Shown piece after piece: positions 19,350 to 29,522 of a stretch of DNA of 64,000 nucleotides. Positions within the stretch are counted from its first letter, which is position 1; each line of letters opens with the position of its first letter. The translations under genes and the position numbers were made by a program. This DNA is from a virus. The DNA lies in the IMG/VR virus record IMGVR_UViG_3300042863_001519, positions 1-64,000 of that record, one strand, 5' to 3'. The notes below the pieces were generated by a model. The model was not told the origin of the DNA. It worked only from the letters and a program-made list of their open reading frames with translations, and searched no databases.

Positions 19350-20338
19350 TATCCAATCTCTTTAATTTTTCCCAATATAGTTTTTTCTAATTCTTCTGCA
19401 TACTCAGGGTTGTCTATAAGAAACTGTTTTACTTTATCCATTCCTTGTAGTTTTGTTTCCTCTATTGTATACCAACCAGCACCTCCCAGTTTTACAAGAT
19501 CAAACTCTACAGCAAGGTCAATTACTTCACCTGCTCTGTCAATACCAGTACCCCAGTTAATACGAAACTCTGCTTTGCCAAATGGTGGTGCACATTTATT
19601 TTTGATTACTTCAATCACAGTCTTGTTACAAGAGTTTATTTTGTCTACTACTCTACTAACTTTGTATCGTATATCAGAATAGAACTTCCATGCATTGCCA
19701 CCAGATGGTTTATCTGGATCACCATAGTCACCAATTTTAGTACGAAGCTGTGATACACCTATCATAGTGCAACGATTAGCTCCTAACAATGGATGAATTT
19801 TACCCAATGCAGTACTGTTGATTCTTGCCTCCAAGCCAACTACTGCATCACCAACATCACCTTCAATTACTTTTTTAGGCATTGCTGCAGTATGTGAATC
19901 AATAATAATCAATCTAACCATTCCTGTTTTGATAAGTATTTCGGCCTGATTGTAACCATCTTCTTTGTTATCGGGTTGCATGATAACAAGATTGTCAACA
20001 TCTACACCAAGAGCAGTAGCATATTTCTTATCAAAAGAATGCTCGTAGTCCATTAATACAACCTTGCCTGGTATTTTTTGAAAGTTTGCAATCATGTGTA
20101 AACATGTAGTTGATTTACCTGATGATTCAGGGCCAAATATTTCAATCAGTTTACCAATTGGGTTACCACCAAGATTTGTAGCAACATCAAGATTCAATGA
20201 ACCTGTTGGTACAATCTCATAATCAGATGCAACATCTTTACCAAATATTACAGTTCCTGCTCCGTAACGCTTTTCTAATACCGTCACTGCTTCCATAAAA
20301 GGGTCTTTTGCACCTTCTGTCTTTGTTGTCTTTGCCAT
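19349..20338 (-). CDS. recA: RecA recombinase
   Basis: PTGSLNLD, EIFGPESSGKST Walker A, IIIDS Walker B, QLRTKIG, GGNAWKFYS, KNKCAPPF. Confidence 0.97.
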   Translation of the reverse strand: MAKTTKTEGAKDPFMEAVTVLEKRYGAGTVIFGKDVASDYEIVPTGSLNLDVATNLGGNPIGKLIEIFGPESSGKSTTCLHMIANFQKIPGKVVLMDYEHSFDKKYATALGVDVDNLVIMQPDNKEDGYNQAEILIKTGMVRLIIIDSHTAAMPKKVIEGDVGDAVVGLEARINSTALGKIHPLLGANRCTMIGVSQLRTKIGDYGDPDKPSGGNAWKFYSDIRYKVSRVVDKINSCNKTVIEVIKNKCAPPFGKAEFRINWGTGIDRAGEVIDLAVEFDLVKLGGAGWYTIEETKLQGMDKVKQFLIDNPEYAEELEKTILGKIKEIG

Positions 20339-20420
20339 ATGTTTTGTTTGATTTTTTAAAAAAAGAAAGGGATTAAATTTACGAAAAATCTAACCCCTTT
20401 CCAAGACTTTGAGCACATAT

Positions 20421-20990
20421 TTATTGCTCATATTTCTTCTTCCACGTCTCAATAGCTACCTCATCTGGTACATCTAATGATACTTGAATATGCATAGTTT
20501 TTGATACTCTTACCATTTTCATTGTTGAACTATCAATTACTCTTGTCTGCATTTTTGGTACTTCTTTTTTTGGCTCTCTCGGCCTTGGCATATTATTCTG
20601 TTTTCTTAAAGTTGATACAGTACTTAATTCACTTGACAATTTCTTCCTTCCTCCAGGTGCTTTGTATTCACTTCTATCTTTGTATGCTTGTCCTTCTACT
20701 CTACCAATCTGTTTCCATTTGCCATTAATCTTTATTCTTTTGTACAAGATGCCTTTGTGTAATTTAGTTGCAACATTGTTGACCTGCATACGCATATCTG
20801 GTACATCTTCTCCTTTTGTTCTTAGATACCACATTGCTCCAGATAAAGTTCCTATAGTGCACCCAATCTCTTCTGCTATTTTATAACAAGAAACACCGTT
20901 GTCTAATCTGTATTTTATATATGGTACTAACAGTTTCCATATTATTCTATTGTTTGCCCTTCGGTAGTTACTTGGTAATATCATAATCAA
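20421..20990 (-). CDS. Basic hypothetical protein with possible helix-turn-helix
   Basis: SCYKIAEEIGCTIGTLSGA is HTH-like; start uncertain. Confidence 0.55.
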   Translation of the reverse strand: MIMILPSNYRRANNRIIWKLLVPYIKYRLDNGVSCYKIAEEIGCTIGTLSGAMWYLRTKGEDVPDMRMQVNNVATKLHKGILYKRIKINGKWKQIGRVEGQAYKDRSEYKAPGGRKKLSSELSTVSTLRKQNNMPRPREPKKEVPKMQTRVIDSSTMKMVRVSKTMHIQVSLDVPDEVAIETWKKKYEQ

Positions 20991-22062
20991 TGTTCAAGTT
21001 TACAACACCTTTGTTTAAAGACATCTCATAGCTTGTGCTCCATACACCAGTTTCAACGTGCCATGCAATATCTCGTATTAATTCATTCAAACCTCTGTAT
21101 TTGTAACCTCTTATACTAAATCCATTCCATGCTGCATCTAAGTCGGCTTTTGTAAGTTTTAGTACAGTAGGATCAGCAAAGCCTGTAGTGTCACAGAAGA
21201 TATAAATCATTGGTAATATTTTATAATCATCTAGACCATGTTCAAGTGCCCAATGACCTAGTGCACAGTCATACAGACCAGCTTGAATGTAGTAACCAAA
21301 CTTTAGGTATGCTTTTTGTGGTTCTTCTGAATCCCAAGAAGTTTTCCAATCAATAGGTTGTATTGTTTTCTGCTCATGATTTACAATTGTTTTGTCAATC
21401 ATAGACTTATACGGTACCTGTTGTATCTTAAATTGAATACTGAGCTCGTTAAATACATCTATACCTTTTTCAGAACGAGCATTTGCGTATTCATATGTGT
21501 AAGAATGTCCACGAAGTTTTGATACGATCTGCTCTGCTTTGGTAATCAGACTTACAGATACTGCAGACTTACCTATTGTAAGAAGAAGTTCTTTGTAATA
21601 GATTTCGGCATCTGATCCTTCAAACATTACAAGAATCTTTTCTACATCTTTGCCTTTGAACTTAACTTCTTTACCTGCCTCATCATACTTTACTTTTTGT
21701 ACAGCATCTCCAAACAGTGTAAGAAATGATTCTTTCTGTACACCATCTACTAATCCTATCAAAGTACGTGCAAACAAAGCATCTGCAAGTTCCTTCATTT
21801 GACCAGAAGGTTCTACTGCAGATAGCATGCAAAACTTATCTTCAAACTTCTGCTCTGCTAGAAAGCAGTGCACCAGGCTACCAAGCAATGTAGCAGTTGA
21901 TTCTGACTCTTTTCTAGCATTACCTAATACAAACTCCCTATAGAACTTCTCCCTGTCTGTATCAAAGCTTTTAATGGCACTGTACGATAGTATATCCTTC
22001 AACCCTCTGTAATCTTTCTCAGATAACTGATTCTTTTCTACTCTTGCTGCTAATTCCATCAT
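20968..22062 (-). CDS. PD-(D/E)xK exonuclease (RecE/ExoVIII-like)
   Basis: LSYSAIK, LGSLVH, KSMID...IDWKT, GYYIQAGLY. Confidence 0.85.
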   Translation of the reverse strand: MMELAARVEKNQLSEKDYRGLKDILSYSAIKSFDTDREKFYREFVLGNARKESESTATLLGSLVHCFLAEQKFEDKFCMLSAVEPSGQMKELADALFARTLIGLVDGVQKESFLTLFGDAVQKVKYDEAGKEVKFKGKDVEKILVMFEGSDAEIYYKELLLTIGKSAVSVSLITKAEQIVSKLRGHSYTYEYANARSEKGIDVFNELSIQFKIQQVPYKSMIDKTIVNHEQKTIQPIDWKTSWDSEEPQKAYLKFGYYIQAGLYDCALGHWALEHGLDDYKILPMIYIFCDTTGFADPTVLKLTKADLDAAWNGFSIRGYKYRGLNELIRDIAWHVETGVWSTSYEMSLNKGVVNLNIDYDITK

Positions 22063-22439
22063 TAAAATAGTGTTTTAAGTTCAACTTTCTCAAACCCTTC
22101 AGGCTTGACTACTTTCCCATATTGATTTTTATGTACCTTACCATCGGGCCACAATTTGTTCATGTTGTTTGCATGAATTAAATCCCACAGCTCTTCCATC
22201 TTGTCTATAAGACCATATTCACATGCTGTACCTAAAAGCACATACATTATATCTACCAAAGCATCGGCTACCTCTACTATATCATTATCCTGGTTAGCTT
22301 GTTTGAGCTCATCCAGCTCTTCTTGTAGAAGTCTTACTCTCAGCTCCTGTATTTCCTTTGCCGGCATTGTCGGGGCCGGAAGCACGTTGCATTCAAATGC
22401 TTTTTGAAATGCTTTGATGTCTGCTATTTCTTTTCTCAT
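22062..22439 (-). CDS. MazG-like / PRA-PH family nucleoside triphosphate pyrophosphohydrolase
   Basis: LLQEELDEL...EVADALVDIMYV...IHANNMNK...GKVVKPEGF; TAATG coupling gives start MRKE at 22439. Confidence 0.9.
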   Translation of the reverse strand: MRKEIADIKAFQKAFECNVLPAPTMPAKEIQELRVRLLQEELDELKQANQDNDIVEVADALVDIMYVLLGTACEYGLIDKMEELWDLIHANNMNKLWPDGKVHKNQYGKVVKPEGFEKVELKTLF

Positions 22440-23026
22440 TATTGATTGATTAAACTGTTTACGTATTCTTCTAACGACTTCACTTTCCAATGTATTACTC
22501 TTTGCTTACCAGTAGGAGTTGTCAGATATGCTTTCGGAGTAAAGGTTTCTTCAAAAAGTTTGTGAGGTTGTATCAGGTTTACATATAACTGATACTTTTC
22601 CCACATCCACTTTTGATTAATCTTGAATAACCTTGTCATATTGTTCTGATCAAAACCCGGCTTTACTTCTATCAAAGTTGTATAACTTCCTATAAAAGGT
22701 GCATCTATTTTAGTCATGTTGTTCATCCTATCTACAAATAATACAGTTCCTGCATGTGTCCAGTTTACAACAAACTCAGGAGTGTAAACGTGACTTTCAA
22801 GAAGTACCTGATTCTTTTCTACTTCTTTGGTCTTTGTTTTCATTTTTACTACCTGAGTATACTTTTTTTCTAATCTCTCAGAAAGATTATATGTAGGTGC
22901 TCTTTCAAGGCTTTCTACATACCCTGCTTCTATAAGTTCCTCAAAGTACAAAATTGTCATTATCTCCTCTTGGGAGTCAACCGCAATACCGTTGTAATAC
23001 TTCTGTTCTTTTTTTTCCTTTGCCAT
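22439..23026 (-). CDS. DUF1064-like PD-(D/E)xK nuclease
   Basis: YNGIAVDSQEE, YTPEF, LIEVKP motifs. Confidence 0.7.
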   Translation of the reverse strand: MAKEKKEQKYYNGIAVDSQEEIMTILYFEELIEAGYVESLERAPTYNLSERLEKKYTQVVKMKTKTKEVEKNQVLLESHVYTPEFVVNWTHAGTVLFVDRMNNMTKIDAPFIGSYTTLIEVKPGFDQNNMTRLFKINQKWMWEKYQLYVNLIQPHKLFEETFTPKAYLTTPTGKQRVIHWKVKSLEEYVNSLINQ

Positions 23027-23319
23027 TAATTAAATTTATTTAGTGGTGTTTCTTCAATTATCTTCTTTTCATACTGATCCCAGCCTCCTATTATCTTTCG
23101 TTCTTGAGTATCCAATATGTGATAACCAGTATCTCTTTTTGCAAACTCTTTAAGTTGCATTGATTGACCAAAACTTACATATCTATTGAATTTTACAGTT
23201 CTTGCATTTTCTGCTTCTTCTACTGTATCAAAGTCTCCTACAAAATCCAACATGCCTCCCATTGGGTAATATTGATCTTGTTCAAATAACCAATATCTTT
23301 TCAGTTTCTCTTTAGCCAT
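23026..23319 (-). CDS. Hypothetical phage protein
   Basis: Coupled ORF with YYPMGGMLDF motif. Confidence 0.7.
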   Translation of the reverse strand: MAKEKLKRYWLFEQDQYYPMGGMLDFVGDFDTVEEAENARTVKFNRYVSFGQSMQLKEFAKRDTGYHILDTQERKIIGGWDQYEKKIIEETPLNKFN

Positions 23320-23483
23320 CTTCTAATTGTTTGTTTGTTTTTAACAATTTGCTTTATTTTTTTATAACCTGCTACACCTGTATATATGCGTATAACTCTT
23401 CTTTCTTTATTTACTTTGGTAAAGAAGGTGTTAAACATTTCTTTAAACAAATTACTACTAAAGTTTCCTAGGTTACTTTCCAT
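23301..23483 (-). CDS. Hypothetical protein
   Basis: Member of an overlapping ORF chain. Confidence 0.5.
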   Translation of the reverse strand: MESNLGNFSSNLFKEMFNTFFTKVNKERRVIRIYTGVAGYKKIKQIVKNKQTIRRWLKRN

Positions 23484-23667
23484 CTTCTGTTATTTTTTGT
23501 GGTCTATCAAAAATATCCATCCATACAAAACCTAGACTAGCTCCTTTAAAAGGGTGGTTAAAAGTTTGTACAATATCTCCGTCTTTTACTTCTTCTAGAA
23601 ACTTGTTATACTCTTCTTCTGTTATAGGATAGTTTAGCTCATGTACTTTTTTATTCTGTTGTTCCAT
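23473..23667 (-). CDS. Hypothetical protein
   Basis: Member of an overlapping ORF chain. Confidence 0.6.
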   Translation of the reverse strand: MEQQNKKVHELNYPITEEEYNKFLEEVKDGDIVQTFNHPFKGASLGFVWMDIFDRPQKITEDGK

Positions 23668-24064
23668 TTTGTTTTGTTAGTTTTACTGCTTCTTGTTTTA
23701 CTATACTATGCATTAGTATCAGTGTTTTTACAGGTATTTCTATGTAGCTGCCTCCTACATTTACCTTAGCCATTAGATTGTTAGGCATATTATCTACATC
23801 CCCCCATTTTTCTACCATGCTTTCTACATCTTTATCAGTTATCTCAGATAAAGGAGTATATTCTTTATCCATTCTTTCTCTTCTTTCTTTGTCTGATTTT
23901 TGTGCATTCTCAAAAAACTCACTGATGTCTTGTGATGTTACCGGTTTTGCATTGTATTCTATTGGTTTGTAGTTTTCTTGCATTAGTGCCCAAAGACCTA
24001 CAGCTGGTTTACTATTGTCATTACCCCACATTAGATTTTCTACTTCTTCTAGTTCATTACTCAT
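23651..24064 (-). CDS. Hypothetical protein
   Basis: Member of an overlapping ORF chain. Confidence 0.65.
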   Translation of the reverse strand: MSNELEEVENLMWGNDNSKPAVGLWALMQENYKPIEYNAKPVTSQDISEFFENAQKSDKERRERMDKEYTPLSEITDKDVESMVEKWGDVDNMPNNLMAKVNVGGSYIEIPVKTLILMHSIVKQEAVKLTKQNGTTE

Positions 24065-24291
24065 TCTAGTTTATCGTTTAGTTGTTTCATTATTTCCTTC
24101 CACACATCTTTCTTCTCATACTCACACAGTACTTTACCACAGCTAGTTGTATACTCTATACAGTATAGATTGTTATCTACCCATGATTGAATATTACAAC
24201 CATCTGCAGTGTTTATATGGCAGTGGAGTGTATCGTTGATATACACTTTGATACGATGATATAATATTTTTACCTCTATCTTAGTTGGCAT
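24061..24291 (-). CDS. Hypothetical protein
   Basis: ATGA-coupled ORF. Confidence 0.65.
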   Translation of the reverse strand: MPTKIEVKILYHRIKVYINDTLHCHINTADGCNIQSWVDNNLYCIEYTTSCGKVLCEYEKKDVWKEIMKQLNDKLE

Positions 24292-24622
24292 CTTGTTCTT
24301 TTCTTATCCAATAGTGATACTCACATATTCTTATTTCTTGTTCTGTTATCGGTGTACCATCTTTGTGCCTTAGTACCTCATCTATTCCCATATACATTGG
24401 TGGATGGTATTTTGTTCTTTCTTGTTGATCTATTAATCCTTCTACCATAGGTCTACTAGTTACATGTTTTACTACTTCCATAGCATATGCTTCCATTGCT
24501 TCTATGTAACAACTGTGCATACTACATAGTGGACAGTCAGGTGCTACTAATCCTCTATCTTTGTATGCTGGATCACAGTTACAGGTCACATATTCTTCTA
24601 GTATTTCTTCAGCTGTTTTCAT
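24281..24622 (-). CDS. Hypothetical protein with Cys cluster
   Basis: CNCD...APDCPLC; MKTAEEILEE N-terminus. Confidence 0.65.
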   Translation of the reverse strand: MKTAEEILEEYVTCNCDPAYKDRGLVAPDCPLCSMHSCYIEAMEAYAMEVVKHVTSRPMVEGLIDQQERTKYHPPMYMGIDEVLRHKDGTPITEQEIRICEYHYWIRKEQDAN

Positions 24623-24636
24623 TGTTCTATTTACTG

Positions 24637-24858
24637 TTACATATGTACTATTATACCCATATGTTCTTTAAACTTTTCGTCTTTAGTTTTTAGATACCAT
24701 GTGAGTACCTTTTCTCCCATATTTTTATAGTTGTCTAACCACTCTTCTTCTTTATCATCCATATACACATAACAAGAACAAGAAGACCTGGTTTTTATGT
24801 CGTCTTTTGTAAGTACATCAATTATATAATCTTTTTCTACTTTTTGTTTATTGTTCAT
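24637..24858 (-). CDS. Hypothetical protein
   Basis: Member of the ORF chain. Confidence 0.55.
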   Translation of the reverse strand: MNNKQKVEKDYIIDVLTKDDIKTRSSCSCYVYMDDKEEEWLDNYKNMGEKVLTWYLKTKDEKFKEHMGIIVHM

Positions 24859-25252
24859 TATTGTCTCTTTTTACTGTTATCTGGAACCATTCTTCTGCAG
24901 ATGGGTTTTCTCTGCAGTATGTTGCTATTTGTTCTTCTAGTTCTTTTATTCTTAGAGACTGTAACATACATTCTTTTGTTTTTTCTATACAGGATTTTTC
25001 CCAGTCTACGCCTGATGAATCATGGAACAGATATTCTTTAGTTTTCTTATTTGCTTCTATATTCCATTGTATGTATCTGGTACTATTTTCTAGTGCTTCT
25101 TTCATTTCTTTTATCCTATTATGCAGTTCAGCATCTGGTGGGTTAATATACTGCTCATAAGATTGATTCATTGCTATTTGAGTTGCATTCAGGTACTCTT
25201 CAGCTTCTTTATCTGCTTCTGCATTCCATGGTATTTTATTATTCTCTTCCAT
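24848..25252 (-). CDS. Hypothetical protein with internal repeat
   Basis: IPWNAEADKEAEEYL versus IQWNIEANKKTKEYL. Confidence 0.6.
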   Translation of the reverse strand: MEENNKIPWNAEADKEAEEYLNATQIAMNQSYEQYINPPDAELHNRIKEMKEALENSTRYIQWNIEANKKTKEYLFHDSSGVDWEKSCIEKTKECMLQSLRIKELEEQIATYCRENPSAEEWFQITVKRDNNEQ

Positions 25253-25484
25253 CTGATTCTATTTTTACATTGTATTTCCACGCACTTTCCTGTTTGTTCT
25301 TTATTCCCCACAGTTTCTTCCAAATTCTTACTATCCACCATCTGGATACTGCCTCTATTACTATCTGCTCAGGCTCTCCTAATACTCTCATTTGTACTTT
25401 ACTTTGGAGTATATCAGAGCTTACGAACTCTTTTGTGTTTAGCAGTATTTTAAATTCCTTACCGTCTTTTCCTATCTGCTCCAT
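25239..25484 (-). CDS. Hypothetical protein
   Basis: Member of the ORF chain. Confidence 0.55.
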   Translation of the reverse strand: MEQIGKDGKEFKILLNTKEFVSSDILQSKVQMRVLGEPEQIVIEAVSRWWIVRIWKKLWGIKNKQESAWKYNVKIESDGRE

Positions 25485-25815
25485 CTTGTTCTAATTTTAG
25501 TAAAAAATCAATTGGATCAATTTCCTGCTTATCTAGCTCATAAGATTTCTTTTGTTTTTCATAATCAGGATGTGACTTTATTTTATCAATCAAATCCTCA
25601 AGATCTCTGTTTTTTACAGCCGGTTGTTTTGCAGGAAGCTCTGCAAGATACTGTCTTCTGAGTGAATATATAATAGCATCTACCAATTCTGCAATGTATT
25701 GCATATTTACTTCCTCACCTCTTGCATCACCTATGTAAGTGTGCAGTGCATCAAACAACACCTGACCAAAGCCAGGTGTGTCTAATACAGCTAATTTAGT
25801 TTTTACTTGCCTCAT
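25459..25815 (-). CDS. Hypothetical protein
   Basis: Member of the ORF chain. Confidence 0.6.
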   Translation of the reverse strand: MRQVKTKLAVLDTPGFGQVLFDALHTYIGDARGEEVNMQYIAELVDAIIYSLRRQYLAELPAKQPAVKNRDLEDLIDKIKSHPDYEKQKKSYELDKQEIDPIDFLLKLEQDGADRKRR

Positions 25816-25818
25816 TTT

Positions 25819-26307
25819 CTAGTTTTGTCTGTAAAGATAATAGGTTGTACCATTTACTTGTTGCTCTTCTTCATGTCCGTTGTGCCCAGACAAACAGTGA
25901 CCTCTACCGTCCATACGTGCATCACTTTTCCACGATTCTCTATCAAAGTAGTTACGCATACTTTGAGGTATTTCGAGACACTCGTCTATGTAGTTTTCAA
26001 GACTCTCATCCCATGCATCATCTGCTTCACTATCTGTATATACTAACCAGTCACTAGTTCTCTCATCGTAGTCTTCTACATCTACTTGCTTGTCGTCATA
26101 TTCATCCTCTACCCATTGTTCAAACGTATTTGGCTCTTTTTCTTCATTGTCACACTCATGACAATAGTCATCCCATTTAGCTTCAGCATCTTCTTTAGTA
26201 CCTTCCCAAATTCTTACATCATCTCCAGTACCAGTACTAAACCACTCCAGACCATCTACTTCTTGCATCAATGCAAGGCTCTTTTCAATTTCTACATTCA
26301 TTTGCAT
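25819..26307 (-). CDS. Highly acidic protein, possible ArdA-like DNA mimic
   Basis: Very D/E rich; RNYFDRESWKSD resembles the ArdA YFDYE..RD motif. Confidence 0.5.
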   Translation of the reverse strand: MQMNVEIEKSLALMQEVDGLEWFSTGTGDDVRIWEGTKEDAEAKWDDYCHECDNEEKEPNTFEQWVEDEYDDKQVDVEDYDERTSDWLVYTDSEADDAWDESLENYIDECLEIPQSMRNYFDRESWKSDARMDGRGHCLSGHNGHEEEQQVNGTTYYLYRQN

Positions 26308-26310
26308 GTC

Positions 26311-26568
26311 TTAATCCTTTTTTGAATTGTTCCAGATTTCTTTATCGTCTTCATAAACTTCAATGGTTGAATCACCATTATTGTCCTCTACTCTTATTGG
26401 TAGTTCTGTGTCAACAAGAGTTTCCCACTCATAAGCTAATTCCTCATTGAATAAATAATTAGAACCTTCTCCATTTTTAAAAGCTTCTATTATCTGATTC
26501 AAATCTACATCATCAAGATGAGCACGACACCATACGGTTACTTTAAAATCACAATACTTCCTTGCCAT
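26311..26568 (-). CDS. Acidic hypothetical protein
   Basis: Member of the ORF chain. Confidence 0.65.
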   Translation of the reverse strand: MARKYCDFKVTVWCRAHLDDVDLNQIIEAFKNGEGSNYLFNEELAYEWETLVDTELPIRVEDNNGDSTIEVYEDDKEIWNNSKKD

Positions 26569-27565
26569 TCCAGTTCATTTTTATTGCCATTAACTCAATC
26601 TCAGTTTGTGTTATCCGGTGGCAACCTACACGGATATGCTGAGGTGTAATTTCTTGTACTGTATAACCTGCTATTTCATACTTACAAGTTTCTGTTCCTA
26701 TACAACTACCTCTCTCTAGTACTACTTTGATGTATCTGTAGAAACGATATGCAAGTTCAATTGGTATCTGTACACTTTGAGATGTTTCGATACGTTCTTT
26801 CTCTGCATTGTATCTAAGAAGATCAGGTTGTGATGAGTTGCTACCATATCTTCTTCTTTTCTTTTGCACATAAGGTTTATATGCCTCAAAGTTTCTCCAT
26901 TTCTCTATTTGTTCAGCATTATCTCTCAGCTCTCTTTTCTCTCTTGCTATTCTTGCTTTCTCTTGCTTTTCTGAGAGTTTAGGATCTACTAATCTTTCAG
27001 CTTTCTTCTTCTTATACTCTTCTACCTCTTGTTCCCATTTATCAGATTTTGCTTTGGTTACAACAGCTTTGGTTTCTTTATCTAGTTTAATCTTGAAGAA
27101 CTTTATATAACTTTCTAACTGCTCTACATTTTTTCTTGCATCTTGTACATACCATGCTTTATTTTCTCTTGCTGAAGCTGCTTTGCTCAAACACTCTTCA
27201 ATATTTCTTCTCCATATAACAATGTTTACATCATGATTTGGAGTAGAGTAGCTAGGTACTTTGGGCATATACAGCTTCTCAAGATGTTGTGTTGCTCTCC
27301 ATACATCACTTATGTGCTTTGATGTTGTACTACTGTAACTATCTAATGTAAAAAATATAGTAGCTTTACCCTTATCATCTATATATCGTTTGGCTATAGG
27401 AAAATGCCTACCAAAGCTATAAATAACACCATTTTCTATAAAACCATTTCTACACCTTACATCTCTACCAATTTCATGTGCAAAGATATGTGCAACTTCA
27501 GACATGTTACTAAATACATGCTTTACTCTTTTTGTTTTTGTTACTGTATTTGTTTCTGTGCTCAT
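26549..27565 (-). CDS. Hypothetical phage protein (basic)
   Basis: IYSFGRHFPIA, YSSTTSKH, IETSQ, VGCHRI motifs; 338 aa. Confidence 0.75.
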   Translation of the reverse strand: MSTETNTVTKTKRVKHVFSNMSEVAHIFAHEIGRDVRCRNGFIENGVIYSFGRHFPIAKRYIDDKGKATIFFTLDSYSSTTSKHISDVWRATQHLEKLYMPKVPSYSTPNHDVNIVIWRRNIEECLSKAASARENKAWYVQDARKNVEQLESYIKFFKIKLDKETKAVVTKAKSDKWEQEVEEYKKKKAERLVDPKLSEKQEKARIAREKRELRDNAEQIEKWRNFEAYKPYVQKKRRRYGSNSSQPDLLRYNAEKERIETSQSVQIPIELAYRFYRYIKVVLERGSCIGTETCKYEIAGYTVQEITPQHIRVGCHRITQTEIELMAIKMNWNGKEVL

Positions 27566-28455
27566 AATGCTAATTCTATTTGAATACCTAACAATAAGTT
27601 TCTCTCTTCTTTCTTCTTTACCAGATGATCAATAGTGCTTTTGCACTCTTTGATCATATCCTCTTTACCATCATCTCCATAATAACCCCAACAACTATCT
27701 ACATTTTCACCATCTGCATCTTCTATTCTGAAACCATATACTTCACCGGTAAGGTAATTGTCATACACCTCTACTTCTCCCTCCAAGTACTTATCAGCTT
27801 GTTCTGGAGTCCAACCTTCTGCTTCTATTTTGTCTTTGGTAATGTATATCCAACCTACCTGACCTGAATCCCACCTGCAGCTAAATGAACTTGTACTGAT
27901 CGTAATACCCGAATGGTCATACAGATACAAGCTCTTGATAATTGTACCCTTCTCTTCTATTGCTCTGAACAGATCAGCTCTGCTCATATCATCATGTTCA
28001 CATCCTCTATCATAGACTGTTTCTTCTATAAACTTTTGTACAAGGTACAGGGAATAGTCATCTATCTCTGGTACACATCTGTTATACATACAACCGTCTA
28101 TAAACTCATACAGCTCGTCATACGGTATTGTTTCTATCTGTTTGTTCTTACTATCTAGCCACTCATTCAGATTACGTATTATTCCTTGTATGTAGTTCTC
28201 TTCTTGTGCTGCTTCTCTATCTATACCAGCTAGCTCATATAGTAGATCTATTGGCTCATTATAATTCTTGCTTATTGGATAACTTCTATGCTCTCTGCCC
28301 TTTAAACCATTGTTATCCATATCACCCAAGTCGTATCTTGAGTGCCAGCAACACATGACTCCTACATTATCCCATTCAGTACGAGGATTCTGAGCATCTT
28401 CATCATATTCTACTTTGATAGTATAACCTTTGTATTCTTCTGTACTATAGCTCAT
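27562..28455 (-). CDS. Hypothetical phage protein (acidic)
   Basis: NPRTEWDN, LYDHSGI...WDSGQVGWIY, DSCWGYYG motifs. Confidence 0.75.
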   Translation of the reverse strand: MSYSTEEYKGYTIKVEYDEDAQNPRTEWDNVGVMCCWHSRYDLGDMDNNGLKGREHRSYPISKNYNEPIDLLYELAGIDREAAQEENYIQGIIRNLNEWLDSKNKQIETIPYDELYEFIDGCMYNRCVPEIDDYSLYLVQKFIEETVYDRGCEHDDMSRADLFRAIEEKGTIIKSLYLYDHSGITISTSSFSCRWDSGQVGWIYITKDKIEAEGWTPEQADKYLEGEVEVYDNYLTGEVYGFRIEDADGENVDSCWGYYGDDGKEDMIKECKSTIDHLVKKKEERNLLLGIQIELAL

Positions 28456-28465
28456 TGTTTCTGTT

Positions 28466-28732
28466 TTAGTCTATTAATCTCCAATAAGATGCATCATGTT
28501 CATCACACAGCTGTCTGATTTCATCTAGTATGTTCTGTACTATTGAACCTCTTTCTATGTCGTATCCTGGTTCACATACATCTATACTATACAGGTCCTC
28601 TTCTTCTCTACTGGTATCTGTGTATGTATCTAGACCACGTATACTGTTCTTTAACATCCACAGTACATCTCTATCTATACTACTCTTTAGTACTGATACT
28701 ATCTTTACTATATTGTCATCTATTTGTATCAT
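28466..28732 (-). CDS. Acidic hypothetical protein
   Basis: Member of the ORF chain. Confidence 0.6.
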   Translation of the reverse strand: MIQIDDNIVKIVSVLKSSIDRDVLWMLKNSIRGLDTYTDTSREEEDLYSIDVCEPGYDIERGSIVQNILDEIRQLCDEHDASYWRLID

Positions 28733-28846
28733 TGTTCAATTGATTTATCCGTTCTACCATTTGTTTTTTGTTACCAAATAGTAACCAACACCTACTTTTA
28801 TTGCAGAATATTCCCCACTCTTTTTTATATTTATCTAGTACGTAAC

Positions 28847-29326
28847 TCATTCTGTTGTTTTATACTCTTTAAGAATATCTTCTCTCTGTTCTTCACTCAT
28901 CTCTTCCCACTCGTAAAAGTTCTCTTTTTTATACAGCTCTAGTTCTTCAGCAGTATCTCCAATATACTCTATACCGCATATATCCATTATAGCTTCTTTT
29001 GGTAGAGAGTCCCACTGTTCTCTTAGTTCTGTAGTATCGGAGATTGTATACTGTTCATATTCACTATCCCACTCTTGCTCTGTTATTAGATACCCTTGTC
29101 TGTTTACCCAACGATAACCAGCTATTATACCATACCACCCATTGTTATCATCTATTATTGTCCATATTCTTTTTGGTGTTTTTTCTAATATGCTTACAAG
29201 CTGCTGATGATACTCTTTTCCATATGTCTCAAAAAAACAGTTATCAAAAGAACCACCTGATGTATACAGATTCTGTACGCATGTGTATTTCTCAAAAAAC
29301 ACATCATCACTCATTTGTTTGCTCAT
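28847..29326 (-). CDS. Hypothetical protein
   Basis: Likely start MSKQ; FETYG..IWT..G..WVNRQGYLITE motif. Confidence 0.65.
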   Translation of the reverse strand: MSKQMSDDVFFEKYTCVQNLYTSGGSFDNCFFETYGKEYHQQLVSILEKTPKRIWTIIDDNNGWYGIIAGYRWVNRQGYLITEQEWDSEYEQYTISDTTELREQWDSLPKEAIMDICGIEYIGDTAEELELYKKENFYEWEEMSEEQREDILKEYKTTE

Positions 29327-29522
29327 TTTCTGTTGAATTTTCAATGTCATTAATCTCACGTAAAAAAGCCAGATATCCCCTAATGGTTATATCTGGCTCT
29401 TCTTTACATAATTTGTCTATCTCTTTCTCAGATAGATGTTTTAATCGTCCCACGGAAGACCTAAAGATCTTGAACTCTTCAGTGGTTCCTTTGTTCCCGG
29501 TATCGGTTTCTGTTTCTTGCAT
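29307..29522 (-). CDS. Hypothetical protein
   Basis: Overlaps the UDG 3' end. Confidence 0.45.
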   Translation of the reverse strand: MQETETDTGNKGTTEEFKIFRSSVGRLKHLSEKEIDKLCKEEPDITIRGYLAFLREINDIENSTENEQTNE